Shown here piece after piece: positions 1 through 9,729 of a stretch of DNA of 64,000 bases (positions are counted from its first letter, which is position 1; every line of letters begins with the position of its first letter). A program made the translations under genes and the position numbers. Under the pieces are notes generated by a model that saw only the letters and a list, made by a program, of their open reading frames with translations, was not told the DNA's origin and did no database searches. Location: the NCBI GenBank assembly GCA_021811585.1, contig JAJZOG010000007.1, positions 57,459 to 121,458 on the forward strand. The letters are read 5' to 3'. This stretch comes from a bacterium (GTDB taxonomy: Bacteria > Patescibacteriota > Doudnabacteria > UBA920 > VMFF01).

Positions 1-29
1 GTGCAATAGCTGTTTTCGGTCTGCTTGCC

Positions 30-1649
30 TTGATGGTAATGAGAAATATCAATGCCCCGGGAAGCGCCAACCCCAAAGTTAATCTTGCCATAAGCGCGCC
101 CAACCAAGTTCCTTCCGGCTCGGAATTAATTTATAAAATTCAAATAAACAACAACGACAATTCCGCGATTAAAAAAGTGAGCTTGGATTTGCTTTATCCC
201 CAGGGTTTTATTTTTGAAGACAGCACGCCAAAGCCGAACAAGCTGGATGGCACTCATTTTGATATCGCCAATCTGGATCCAGGGCAAAACGCGGTAATCA
301 TGCTGAAGGGCAGCATTATAGGCAACGCGGGCGAAACCAAAACGTTAAACGCGGTTCTGCATTACCAGTTTGCCAATTTCAGTTCTGATTTTATTTCGCA
401 ATCGCAATCCGGCACGCAAATCACGGCTTCAAACGTTGCTTTGCAATTCAAAGGGCCGCAGCAGGTTTCGGGAAACCAGAGCTCCACGTACCAAATTTCA
501 TACGCGAATATTGCCAATCATGATCTCAACGGCTTGAAGCTCACTTTAAACATTCCAAACAATTTCCAGGTTTTAAGCTATTCTCCTCAGCCGGATTTGG
601 GCACAACTTGGGATCTTGGAGATTTGCCGATAAACGGCACCAATTCTATTTCAATAACAGGCGCATTTAACGATAACAATGCCGGCGACCAATTTTCTTT
701 TGTTGCCGAAATAGACGGGCCTGATACAAACGGCCAGAGCATAGTTTATTCCAATTCTTCTTACCAGGTTTCCATTGTGGCGCCGCAGCTGGAAGCGGAT
801 TTGAGCCAGCAAAACGCTCAAGCCCAGGGGCAGAGCGCTTCCGGTTCATCCGGAATTATTGCCAAGCCTGGCGATACCATGCAGTTTAAGATTAATTATA
901 AAAATAACGATATAACTGCCGCAACAGGAGTAATACTTAGCGCAACCATTGACGGCGCTGCCGCGGACCTTTCAACTGTTCTTGCAAACAATGCCGCCAT
1001 AAGCGGGAACACAATTACCTGGAACGCCTCGCAGGTCAGCGCGTTTGCTTCGCTACAGCCGGGACAATCCGGCGAGCTGGATTTTTCATTCAGGATAAAA
1101 GATCCGGCAACGCGCACTGATGCGCAGGACATGACAGTGTCTTTGCATACGGATATGAAGAGCAACGAATATTCTCAGCCGTTTGAAAGCCCTGAAACGC
1201 AAATTAAAATTGCATCTGTTGTCGGGATTTCGGGGAGCGCGGCCTATGTTTCCGGAGCAAATCCTGTGAGCGCCGGCCAAACAACGGTTTACAGGGTGAC
1301 AATAAGCGCGCGGAACAGCACCAATGCAATTGACAGCGCGGTATTAACGATGAACCTGCCAAATTCAGGCGGCTTTGACATTACCAGCATAAACAGCGCT
1401 GAACAGGCAAATGTAACCTATGACAACAACACCAAAAAGATCACATGGAATTTAGGGACCTTGAAAGCGCACACAGGCGATTTCAGCCCCTTGCGCAAGT
1501 TGCAGTTCAATGTGGAAATTCAGCCCTCTGCAGCCAATTCCACCCAGCAGATGACATTGGTAAATAATATTTCTTTCAGCGGAACAGACAGCTTCACACA
1601 ACAGAATGTGAGCCAATCGATTGGCGATATAACAAATTCTCAGTTTTAA
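30..1649 (+). CDS. Large surface/adhesin-like protein with repeated Ig-like (DUF11-type) domains; probably a C-terminal fragment whose frame stays open to the window start
   Basis: Long ORF in a Thr/Ser/Asn-rich repetitive beta-type composition. The segments 'GQNAVIMLKGSIIGNAG' and 'GQTTVYRVTISARN' recur, as in conserved-repeat-domain surface proteins. There is no signal peptide at the annotated start, and the frame is open upstream to position 3. Confidence 0.5.
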   Translation: MMVMRNINAPGSANPKVNLAISAPNQVPSGSELIYKIQINNNDNSAIKKVSLDLLYPQGFIFEDSTPKPNKLDGTHFDIANLDPGQNAVIMLKGSIIGNAGETKTLNAVLHYQFANFSSDFISQSQSGTQITASNVALQFKGPQQVSGNQSSTYQISYANIANHDLNGLKLTLNIPNNFQVLSYSPQPDLGTTWDLGDLPINGTNSISITGAFNDNNAGDQFSFVAEIDGPDTNGQSIVYSNSSYQVSIVAPQLEADLSQQNAQAQGQSASGSSGIIAKPGDTMQFKINYKNNDITAATGVILSATIDGAAADLSTVLANNAAISGNTITWNASQVSAFASLQPGQSGELDFSFRIKDPATRTDAQDMTVSLHTDMKSNEYSQPFESPETQIKIASVVGISGSAAYVSGANPVSAGQTTVYRVTISARNSTNAIDSAVLTMNLPNSGGFDITSINSAEQANVTYDNNTKKITWNLGTLKAHTGDFSPLRKLQFNVEIQPSAANSTQQMTLVNNISFSGTDSFTQQNVSQSIGDITNSQF

Positions 1650-2806
1650 TAGATAAATCCTCTAATAGCACCGTATCCTAAATTCAGCCATCTTTGGTCA
1701 ACGCGGCCAAAGCGGTAAAAATTCATTTCACTGACAAGGAACCTGTCGCCTTCAACCTTTTCTACATAAGCCACATGCCCGTAGCGGCGGCTTTCGGAAG
1801 TTACAAGAATGGCGCCGGGGATCGGGGTTCTGCCGATTTTTGCGCCCATGCTGGCGGCATTGTAAAGCCACATGTTGGCATTGCCGCCCCAGGGAATGTT
1901 GCGCCTTTGCGCCACGTACCAAGTACATTCGCCCCAAGGGAACATGTGCCGCGCGCCCGAGAAATTTTCAACTTCAGAAGGAGCGGGTTCGTAATATGTC
2001 CTGCCGCGCACCGTGAATTCGATCGATGGTTTTGGTTTTGGGGGAGCGGGCACAGCGCCTCCGGGAATAATTAAAACATCCCCGGGGTTTATATCGGATG
2101 CGTTTGCCAAATCGTTATATGAAATAATTGTATTCATGTCCGCATGAAATTTGCTGGCAATGTCAGGCAAGGTATCGTTATTGGTGACTTTATGCAGAAC
2201 GCCGCTTGTGGGCAGGATAAGAAGATCCCACCCCGGCTTTATCATTTGGCTGTGCAGGTTGTTTGCCCACATAATTGTGTCGACTGAAATATTGTATTTG
2301 TCGGCAATTCCCTGCAAAGTGTCGCCGGATTTTGTGGTGTAGACCCTTATTTGGTCTAAAATCAAAGTTTTAGAATCGATATTCGGCTTTTGTATCGCAT
2401 TATCATTTATAAAATCCGGCTGGAGGTTTGCGCTTTCAACGGAATTTGTCTGCGCGGAAACCGCATTTCCGGAATTTTCAGCAGCTGCAATTTGATCCGC
2501 AGCCAAAACAACCTGGGCATCGGCCGAAGGAATCAGCCCGGAACTGGAATCCGTAACAATTGTGCTCACAGACGTCTGCCTGGCATACAAGGATTTGTTA
2601 TAGTTGGAATGATACGAGAGGAGTTTTGCCAGAAGATTGTTGTTGTTCAAGTGTTCCAAACCGGCAGCGCCTGCAAAATTCGCGCCGATAATAATAAAAG
2701 AGAGCACAAAAACAACCAGTTCTGTGCTGAACTTGAAAGTATAATCAATTCGATCCATCTTCAACGAAGAATGGAGCGCGTGAAAAGAATTAAAATGCGA
2801 GTCCAA
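1646..2806 (-). CDS. Secreted peptidoglycan hydrolase: N-terminal TM/signal, two LysM repeats, C-terminal CHAP (Cys/His amidase-peptidase) domain
   Basis: LysM-like repeats 'YTTKSGDTLQGIADKYNISVDTIMWANNL' and 'HKVTNNDTLPDIASKFHADMNTIISYNDL'. CHAP motifs 'GECTWYVAQRR' (Cys) and 'GHVAYVEKVEGDRFLVSEMN' (His). Confidence 0.7.
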   Translation of the reverse strand: MDSHFNSFHALHSSLKMDRIDYTFKFSTELVVFVLSFIIIGANFAGAAGLEHLNNNNLLAKLLSYHSNYNKSLYARQTSVSTIVTDSSSGLIPSADAQVVLAADQIAAAENSGNAVSAQTNSVESANLQPDFINDNAIQKPNIDSKTLILDQIRVYTTKSGDTLQGIADKYNISVDTIMWANNLHSQMIKPGWDLLILPTSGVLHKVTNNDTLPDIASKFHADMNTIISYNDLANASDINPGDVLIIPGGAVPAPPKPKPSIEFTVRGRTYYEPAPSEVENFSGARHMFPWGECTWYVAQRRNIPWGGNANMWLYNAASMGAKIGRTPIPGAILVTSESRRYGHVAYVEKVEGDRFLVSEMNFYRFGRVDQRWLNLGYGAIRGFIY

Positions 2807-3150
2807 CCTTGATTTCAGAGTTTTGAGCCGCTTGGCCAGAGAAACCGAAATTCCGAGTATTTTTTTTGCAAACGCTATCAGCCGATTAATGGAGGATTGG
2901 ATAGGGTCTCCTTATTATTCCGAGCCGTGAAAATTGCGCGAAAGTCCTTAATTTTCCGCATAAAAGTGATGCGGCGCAGCTTTACGGACGGTTTAACAAG
3001 CTTAAGTTCTTAACGGGTAAATCCTACCAGAATCAGTATCAGCGTTCAAGTATTTTGTCCAAATGCTATTTAATTATGGCTTAAATAAGCGACTTTTTAT
3101 CCACAATACGCGAAAACATTGGGATTTTGGCTTATTTGCGTTAAAAGCCG

Positions 3151-3156
3151 TATAAT
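3151..3156 (+). promoter_or_regulatory. TATAAT -10 box 7 nt upstream of the pcrA ATG (leaderless-type start)
   Basis: 'gccgTATAATcaaaagtATG'. The same TATAAT-7nt-ATG geometry is seen at dnaE and at the 57362 gene. Confidence 0.35.
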
Positions 3157-3163
3157 CAAAAGT

Positions 3164-5380
3164 ATGAACAGAAAATCAGAAGAATTGCTTGAAGGATTAA
3201 ATGAAAAACAAAGGGAAGCGGTTACAGCGCCGCTTGGCCCTGTTTTAGTGCTTGCGGGCGCCGGCTCGGGCAAGACAAAAGTGTTGACGCACAGGATTGC
3301 CTATTTAATTTCGGAAAAAATATTTGCGCCTGAAAATATTTTGGCGCTAACTTTTACGAACAAAGCTGCCAAAGAAATGCAGGGCAGAATAGTGCGGCTG
3401 GCGCAAGGCAGCAGCAGCGGTGCGGGCATGGCGGCTGGCGCGGATTATTACGCCAACCGCGCGAGAAATTTATTTGCCATAAAAGGAATGCCTATAATGG
3501 GGACGTTTCATTCTATTTGCGCAAGAATTTTGCGCAATGAAATAGCAGCGCTCGGCTACACCGGACATTTTACGATTTGCGACGATGACGACCAAAGCAA
3601 AATCATAAAAGAAATTTGCGCGGAAAAGAATCTCGGCCCGAGATTCGCGCCCAGCTTGATTTTGAATTGCATTTCCAAAGCGAAAAATATGCTGCAGACT
3701 CCGGAGGAATTTGATTTGCGCTTGGATGCGTTTTTTTCCAACACAATCCGTGAAATTTACGCCGGCTATCAAAACTATCTTTTCAGGCAAAATTCCCTGG
3801 ATTTTGACGATCTCCTGATGCTCGCCGTGAAATTATTCCAATCGCGCCCCGAGGTTCTGGAGAAGTACCGCGGCCTTTTCAAATATATTTTGGTCGACGA
3901 ATACCAGGATACCAACCATGCGCAATATGTCCTGCTGCGCCTGCTCACGGACGGCAATTTGTTCGTGGTCGGGGACGATGCCCAGGCAATTTACGGGTTC
4001 CGCGGTTTGAATTTGCACAACATTCTTGGTTTTGAAGAAAATTTTTCCGATTGCCTGGTGATTAAATTGGAACAGAATTACAGGTCAACCAAAAATATCC
4101 TTGCCGTTGCCCAGGAAGTTATAGAGATAAACGCGGAGCAAAAAAAGAAAAAATTGTGGACGGAAAATGATTTTGGAAGCCGGATAAAAGTTGTGGAAGT
4201 GGAGGATGAAATTGAAGAAGCGAAATTCGTGGCCAAGGCAATTATCGGAAAAGCCGGGCGGGAAGAGCGTGAAAGCAGCGGTGCGGCTATCGGGGAAATG
4301 GAGTATGAGCATGAAGAAAGCGGCTTTTATGAGGACGAGGCCGCGCATGGCGCCGAAGAATCCGCGGCAAATAAATTTTCGATTCTGGATATTTTTTTAA
4401 AAAAACAAAAAGGGCATTCGCCTTTGCGCGGCTTGGGATTTTCCCTGCCGCGCTTGCCGGAAAAACACGGCACCTTGAACCAATACGCGGTTTTGTACCG
4501 TACGCACGCGCAGTCCCGCGCGCTGGAAGAGGTTTTTCTTCAGGCGGAAATTCCGTACCAAATAATCGGCGGCGTTAAATTTTATCAGAGAAAAGAAATT
4601 AAAGACGTCCTCGCTTATTTGCGCCTGGTTGAAAATTTCAGGGATTTGGTGGCGCTTAAGCGGGTGATTAACGTGCCGCCGCGCGGAATAGGAGAAAAAT
4701 CTTTCGGAGAGCTAAAAAATTTAATTTTGAACGCCAAGAGCGCGGAACTTCCCGGCTTGCGCGCGGAACTTGCCGAGATAGCGCTGGCATCCAAGCAATA
4801 TAATGCTGTCCAGGATTTTTTCCGCTTGCTTGAGGAATATTGCCAATTCTCCAAGCATGAAAATTTGAATTCGCTGATGCGCCTGGTTTTAAAAAAAAGC
4901 GGCTATGAGAATTTTTTGCGCGACGGCACGGACGAGGGTGAAAGCAGGTGGGAAAACGTCGAGGAACTTTTTAACGTCGCCGCCAAATACGCCGGCATGG
5001 CATGGAGCGACGGGCTGGCGGAATTTTTGGAAGAGGTTGCGCTGATGACCGAGGCGGATAACATGAATGACGCGCGCGATTGCGTTACGTTCATGAGTTT
5101 GCACCAGGCCAAGGGCTTGGAATTTGATACGGTTTTTTTCGTCGGCTTGGAAGAGGGCATTTTGCCGCACTCGCGTTCCTTGCTGGATCCGGCAGAACTT
5201 GCCGAAGAAATCCGCCTGGCGTACGTGGGCATTACGCGGGCGCGCAAAAATTTGTATTTGGTTTATGCGCAAAGCAGGAGAATTTTCGGAAACACGCAGT
5301 CCTTCGCCCCTTCGCGGATTTTAAAATCACTGCCCCAAGATAAAATAATTTTTAAAAGCATAAGCAGGTATGATTTATGA
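3164..5380 (+). CDS. pcrA: ATP-dependent DNA helicase, UvrD/PcrA family
   Basis: Walker A 'LAGAGSGKTKVLTHRIAYL'; motifs 'ILALTFTNKAAKEM', 'LVDEYQDTN' and 'VGDDAQAIYGFRG'. C-terminal region 'TFMSLHQAKGLEFDTVFFVGLEEGILPH...LAYVGITRARKNLYL'. Acidic insert around residues 370-400. Confidence 0.85.
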   Translation: MNRKSEELLEGLNEKQREAVTAPLGPVLVLAGAGSGKTKVLTHRIAYLISEKIFAPENILALTFTNKAAKEMQGRIVRLAQGSSSGAGMAAGADYYANRARNLFAIKGMPIMGTFHSICARILRNEIAALGYTGHFTICDDDDQSKIIKEICAEKNLGPRFAPSLILNCISKAKNMLQTPEEFDLRLDAFFSNTIREIYAGYQNYLFRQNSLDFDDLLMLAVKLFQSRPEVLEKYRGLFKYILVDEYQDTNHAQYVLLRLLTDGNLFVVGDDAQAIYGFRGLNLHNILGFEENFSDCLVIKLEQNYRSTKNILAVAQEVIEINAEQKKKKLWTENDFGSRIKVVEVEDEIEEAKFVAKAIIGKAGREERESSGAAIGEMEYEHEESGFYEDEAAHGAEESAANKFSILDIFLKKQKGHSPLRGLGFSLPRLPEKHGTLNQYAVLYRTHAQSRALEEVFLQAEIPYQIIGGVKFYQRKEIKDVLAYLRLVENFRDLVALKRVINVPPRGIGEKSFGELKNLILNAKSAELPGLRAELAEIALASKQYNAVQDFFRLLEEYCQFSKHENLNSLMRLVLKKSGYENFLRDGTDEGESRWENVEELFNVAAKYAGMAWSDGLAEFLEEVALMTEADNMNDARDCVTFMSLHQAKGLEFDTVFFVGLEEGILPHSRSLLDPAELAEEIRLAYVGITRARKNLYLVYAQSRRIFGNTQSFAPSRILKSLPQDKIIFKSISRYDL

Positions 5381-6228
5381 AAAGCGGACATAAGCATGCA
5401 AAGCCGCAATTAAGGCCGAAGCACTCTTTGGGGCAGAATTTTTTGACTGACCAAGGCGCGCTGGACGCAATTTCCGCGGCTGCGGAAATAAATTCGCGCG
5501 ACGAAGTTTTGGAGATCGGCCCTGGGCTTGGAAATCTGACCGAACGCCTTGCCGACAAGGCCGGGTTTGTTTTGGCAGTTGAAAAAGACAAAAGATTTTT
5601 TCCCATTCTCAAGGACCGCCTCAAGGAAAAACTTCAGCCGCATGCAAGGACGCCGAAAATTTCCGCAAACGTGCGCTTGGAATTTGCGGACATCATGTCG
5701 TTTAATTTTCAGAAAATTCTGAAAAGCGGATACAAAGTTGTCGCCAACATCCCTTATTATATCACGGGGCAAATTATCGAGATGCTTTTAACAGCGCGCA
5801 ACAAGCCGAGCAAAATTATTTTGCTGGTGCAAAAAGAAGTTGCCGAGCGCCTGGTGGCCAAAGCTGGGCAGGGGAGCGTGCTTTCAATTTCCGCGCAGCT
5901 TTACAGCAGGCCGCAGATGATTGCCGTGATTCCCAAAGAAAGTTTTTTTCCTGTGCCGAAAGTTGATTCCGCGATAGTGCGCATGGACGTGCTGCAGAAG
6001 CCGGCGATTGAGGTTGAAGAAAAAAAATTTTTCAGTTTGGTCAAAGCGGCATTTTCGGGAAAGCGCAAGCAGATTCACAATACGCTCAAAAAGAATTTGA
6101 AATTAAGCGCCGTGGAAGTTGATAAAATTTTAGAACAAGCTGGAGTTAGTGCCAAAGCGCGCCCCCAGGAGCTGGCGCTGGAAGATTGGGAAAAACTTTA
6201 TAGGGCATGGATGGGGATTGGTAGTTAA
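5377..6228 (+). CDS. rsmA: 16S rRNA (adenine1518/1519-N6)-dimethyltransferase
   Basis: 'LGQNFLTDQGALDAI', 'VLEIGPGLGNLTERL', 'KVVANIPYYITGQII'. Start overlaps the pcrA stop (ATGA). Confidence 0.85.
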   Translation: MKSGHKHAKPQLRPKHSLGQNFLTDQGALDAISAAAEINSRDEVLEIGPGLGNLTERLADKAGFVLAVEKDKRFFPILKDRLKEKLQPHARTPKISANVRLEFADIMSFNFQKILKSGYKVVANIPYYITGQIIEMLLTARNKPSKIILLVQKEVAERLVAKAGQGSVLSISAQLYSRPQMIAVIPKESFFPVPKVDSAIVRMDVLQKPAIEVEEKKFFSLVKAAFSGKRKQIHNTLKKNLKLSAVEVDKILEQAGVSAKARPQELALEDWEKLYRAWMGIGS

Positions 6229-6340
6229 TAGTTGGTAGATGGTAGGTGGTAGTTAATAGATGGTAGTTGGTAGTTAATAGTTAGTAGTTAAAGGTAGTCC
6301 CTTTTTAACTACCAACTACTAACTATTAACTACCAACTTA
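6219..6340. repeat. Tandem heptamer-like repeats (GGTAGTT / AATAG units) running into a ~30-bp imperfect hairpin immediately after the ksgA stop
   Basis: 'ggtagttaatagttggtagatggtaggtggtagttaatagatggtagttggtagttaatagttagtagtt' followed by its reverse complement 'aactaccaactactaactattaactaccaac'. Loop is 'aaaggtagtcccttttta'. Confidence 0.6.
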
Positions 6341-6456
6341 ACGCTGTTAAAAAAATTGGTGGTTCCTCTTGCAGAAAAATTTGAAATCTGCTATAATAAC
6401 TATAGTGAGATTGATATTTTCGAAACACAAACAAAAGACAAGTAAATAAAGGGAAC

Positions 6457-7239
6457 ATGCAAGAAATTCCAAGCCAAAACATCCGTTCGGGAACGGATTT
6501 CGGCTTTAAAAATATTGCTTTGATTGCGGTCTGCGCGGCTTTTTTGGTATTTGCCGGCTATTGGCAATATCCGGGATCTTTTCCCGGGCATTTTTCGTTG
6601 TTTAATCCGGTTTCTTCTTCTGACGGAAACTTGGCCTTGGCAACCCCGCCAAAGCCTTTTGATTTAACTTTGGCAGGAGGCGCAGACGGTGTGGGCTCAA
6701 CAATGTTTGCACAGAATAATTCGGGAAATTTGGCTCAAGGAAATTCAGCACAAGGGGTTTTGGCTCAAGGAAATTCAGCGCAGGGAAATTTACCCGAAAA
6801 TAATTTGGACCAATCCGCAGGCGCACAGACGAGCGCGGTTTTAGGTGCGACAACTTATGATAAAAATTTCGCCGAGCAGTTCAATTCCATTCCCCTCCAG
6901 CTGATTGCGGATAATTCCACGGCAGCTTTGCAAACCTATGCCGGCCAGGTAAACGCTGTCTTGCAGGCGGACAATGCCGCCGGACTTGTGAGCGCCGCGA
7001 AAAAATCCGGAGCCGAAAAAAACGGAGGCCTCAGCGCGGCGCAAAATAAATTCATACAGGATTTCCAGGCAATAGCAGTCCCTGACTCTTTGCTTGATTA
7101 TGCGCGCATGTTTATAGGCAGCTATGCCTTGCAGTTTGTGGGCGACCCGAAATTGGATGCCACAATATCGCAGGCAAATTCTGAACTGGGAATCATAAGG
7201 CAGCAAGTCCGGCAGTCCAGCCAAATCGCATTGCCATAA
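6457..7239 (+). CDS. Hypothetical membrane-anchored protein (N-terminal TM, low-complexity linker with GN(L/S)AQG repeats, C-terminal domain)
   Basis: ATG with weak RBS; TM segment 'IALIAVCAAFLVFAGYW'; tandem 24-nt coding repeats at 6720-6790. Confidence 0.5.
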   Translation: MQEIPSQNIRSGTDFGFKNIALIAVCAAFLVFAGYWQYPGSFPGHFSLFNPVSSSDGNLALATPPKPFDLTLAGGADGVGSTMFAQNNSGNLAQGNSAQGVLAQGNSAQGNLPENNLDQSAGAQTSAVLGATTYDKNFAEQFNSIPLQLIADNSTAALQTYAGQVNAVLQADNAAGLVSAAKKSGAEKNGGLSAAQNKFIQDFQAIAVPDSLLDYARMFIGSYALQFVGDPKLDATISQANSELGIIRQQVRQSSQIALP

Positions 7240-7261
7240 ATTTTTTTAAAATCTTTCAGGC

Positions 7262-8284
7262 ATGTCCAAAAAAGCTCTCATAATTTCAGGCCTCTCGGTT
7301 CTCGCGGTAATTATAATTATTGCCGTGGTTTTGGCTTTGGGCAAAAAAACGCCGCAACAGGCGCAGAATCAAAACCCAACTACCGGCACAGGAACAGTGG
7401 GGCAACAAGAGGGCCAGCAGGCGCCTCAGCAACAGCCGGCTTTCCAAATTCATACCGACAACTCGCAGCCGTACGCGGTAAATGCGCCGCGCTCCAATGA
7501 GCCGCAGCAGCAGCCACAACAGCAGCAGGCAAATTCATTAGGCCAGCAACAGCAAACACAAAAACAGCTTGCCGCCGCCATAGCCGCAGGCGTGCTTCCT
7601 GATGCCAATGGAAATTATGTCCAGAAAATAGATAATTCCGGAGTAAACCAATTTGATGTCTCACAATATAATTATGATTTGCCTGACAATCAATTCCTGC
7701 AGGCATATTATCCGGATGCATCGCAAGTAATTAACGCACAGACGCCCACTGACATGGCTTTGAATGCGCAGGACCCTGTGCTTATTAGCAGCACAAGCGG
7801 AGGATCTTCAAACACTGCTCCAGAAGCCATCCCTTTAAACAATGCCGTTGATCCAAGCCAGTTGAAGGTTTCGCAAGACAACAGTGCGGAGGCGATTAAT
7901 AATTATTTGCAGGGCCTTTCAAGTGCAACGGCGCCTTATGATGTTGTAGACAATACCGGCCTTATGAGCGCAATTGCCGGAGGCACTTCCAGCGCAAACG
8001 ATTTGAAGCAGGCGGGATCCACTGTCTCGGGAATCATAAGCCAATTAAAACAAGAACCGGTGCCAAGCGACATGCTCGGGTTGCAGCAGTCATATGTTGC
8101 AATGTATGAAAATTTAAGTTCAAGCATAAATGATGAAGAAAACATGCAAAATGATAAAAGCGCTTCGGCCTTGAATTCAGATGCCCAGGCATTCCAAAAC
8201 GATATAAATAATTTTACGGATTCGTATAGCCAGGTCGGCGACGATTTTACGATAGTGCAAAATGATTACGGAACAGGCCAATAG
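7262..8284 (+). CDS. Hypothetical membrane-anchored protein with a Gln/Pro-rich linker
   Basis: N-terminal TM 'LIISGLSVLAVIIIIAVVLAL', Q-rich low complexity, C-terminal globular region; same strand and tight spacing as its neighbours. Confidence 0.5.
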   Translation: MSKKALIISGLSVLAVIIIIAVVLALGKKTPQQAQNQNPTTGTGTVGQQEGQQAPQQQPAFQIHTDNSQPYAVNAPRSNEPQQQPQQQQANSLGQQQQTQKQLAAAIAAGVLPDANGNYVQKIDNSGVNQFDVSQYNYDLPDNQFLQAYYPDASQVINAQTPTDMALNAQDPVLISSTSGGSSNTAPEAIPLNNAVDPSQLKVSQDNSAEAINNYLQGLSSATAPYDVVDNTGLMSAIAGGTSSANDLKQAGSTVSGIISQLKQEPVPSDMLGLQQSYVAMYENLSSSINDEENMQNDKSASALNSDAQAFQNDINNFTDSYSQVGDDFTIVQNDYGTGQ

Positions 8285-8307
8285 CCTATTGCATTCAAGC
8301 CAAAAAA

Positions 8308-9588
8308 ATGAAAAACAAATACGCGAAAATATTAATAATGATTGTGCTTACGCTCACCGCAAGCGCTTCGCTGTTCTTTGCCAAGCCGCACAAAACAAAA
8401 GCGTTTTTGGGTTTCGGCGACATTGTTGCCATAAACCTGGATGATTTGTTCAAGTCCGTTGCCTTTACCATTGCAAATTCCTTGAACCAGCGCTTTACGC
8501 GCCAATTTATGTCGCAGGCGCTGTCAAAAATGAAAGTTCAAAATTACGATATTTATACGCGGAACCTTGCCAACCAGGTTTATATGACAACTGCGCTGAA
8601 AGGCACGACTCCTACAAAGCAATATGTAACCAGGGTGCTGGCAGCAGAAGCCGGCGGACAGCCGATTCAAGACATCAATGGCAATACAATAACCGGCGCT
8701 GACCTTGTTCCGATTTTCAAGCACCAGGCAGTGGAACATTTTAATTTTTTTGATGCGCAAAAGCAGATGTATTCCGGCACTCCGATGGCTTTCAGTTTGT
8801 CGCATGCAGGAGATCTGCAATCAAATCCTTCGAACATTGGCACAACAGCGGCAACTTATGCGGTGCAGACAAGTACAAAGGCGCTGGCACAGGCGCAGGC
8901 AGATACCTCAGCGGCCAACGGATATAAATCAACTTACAATTGCGGAGTAGGGAATAAAGGCCCGTCAACAAAAACGCAAGATCTCGGCAAAGCGGCTTGC
9001 GTAATTAATGATCCGGGGTCTTTTGTTTTTAATGAAATGCAAACGCAAATTGATAAGCTCGGGAAACAGGCCGTACAGCCGACAAACCATGCCATGGCTG
9101 CCTGGGAATTTGCGGCAGATAATTTTGCAACTTATTGGATGAACCGGCTGTTCAATAATGCCAACGGCAATCCGATCTCTGACATCAATTATATTACCCA
9201 ACCGCTTCAGCAATTAGTGGAATCAAGTTTGCAGAGGCCGCAATTTTACATTGTCGACGACAAAGGTAATAAGACATATGGCAGCGATATCCCCGGTAAA
9301 ATTAATGTGCCTGTGGATCCCGGATCATCAATGACTATTGTTTGGGATTCAAGCAAGGTCTTAAATGCTTCCAGCGTGCATTTAACCGAAACATCATGTT
9401 CACCTCAAACCCAGCAATGTCCGCCATCCGGCGATTTGCCCTTGAGCGGGAATTATACTGTAAATTATGACGGCAATTCAGACACATTTACTTTGGATAC
9501 ATATACCGTGGATAACAGCGGGGCAACTGTTTTGAAATACAAATACATATTGACAGTAATACAAACTTTGCCGCTCTCCGGAGGATAA
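8308..9588 (+). CDS. Hypothetical secreted protein
   Basis: Signal peptide 'ILIMIVLTLTASASLFFA'; followed by a rho-independent terminator. Confidence 0.55.
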   Translation: MKNKYAKILIMIVLTLTASASLFFAKPHKTKAFLGFGDIVAINLDDLFKSVAFTIANSLNQRFTRQFMSQALSKMKVQNYDIYTRNLANQVYMTTALKGTTPTKQYVTRVLAAEAGGQPIQDINGNTITGADLVPIFKHQAVEHFNFFDAQKQMYSGTPMAFSLSHAGDLQSNPSNIGTTAATYAVQTSTKALAQAQADTSAANGYKSTYNCGVGNKGPSTKTQDLGKAACVINDPGSFVFNEMQTQIDKLGKQAVQPTNHAMAAWEFAADNFATYWMNRLFNNANGNPISDINYITQPLQQLVESSLQRPQFYIVDDKGNKTYGSDIPGKINVPVDPGSSMTIVWDSSKVLNASSVHLTETSCSPQTQQCPPSGDLPLSGNYTVNYDGNSDTFTLDTYTVDNSGATVLKYKYILTVIQTLPLSGG

Positions 9589-9625
9589 CATAAAGAATTT
9601 TTTGTGTATTTTTGCGTTGTTTGCA

Positions 9626-9658
9626 AGGCCTCTGCGAATCCGCGAAGGCCTTTTTGTT
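9626..9658 (+). terminator. Rho-independent terminator
   Basis: Hairpin 'aggcctctgcgaatccgcgaaggcct' followed by 'ttttgtt'. Confidence 0.6.
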
Positions 9659-9729
9659 ATACACAGAAAGCGGTTTGCTTTCCATTTGCATTTATGAGAT
9701 AATTATTATGTGAACTTAAGCAAAAAAGC

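Noticed and set aside
3470-5272. Multiple 60-127-aa minus-strand ORFs inside pcrA, and similar ones inside dnaE, gatAB, thrS and clpC
   Set aside because: They are wholly nested antisense to strongly supported housekeeping genes and have no motifs. Standard spurious frames.
9589-9729. 140-bp intergenic region considered as a small RNA
   Set aside because: It is fully explained by a terminator hairpin (9626-9658) plus an AT-rich promoter-like stretch upstream of the 940-aa gene. No conserved structure is evident.
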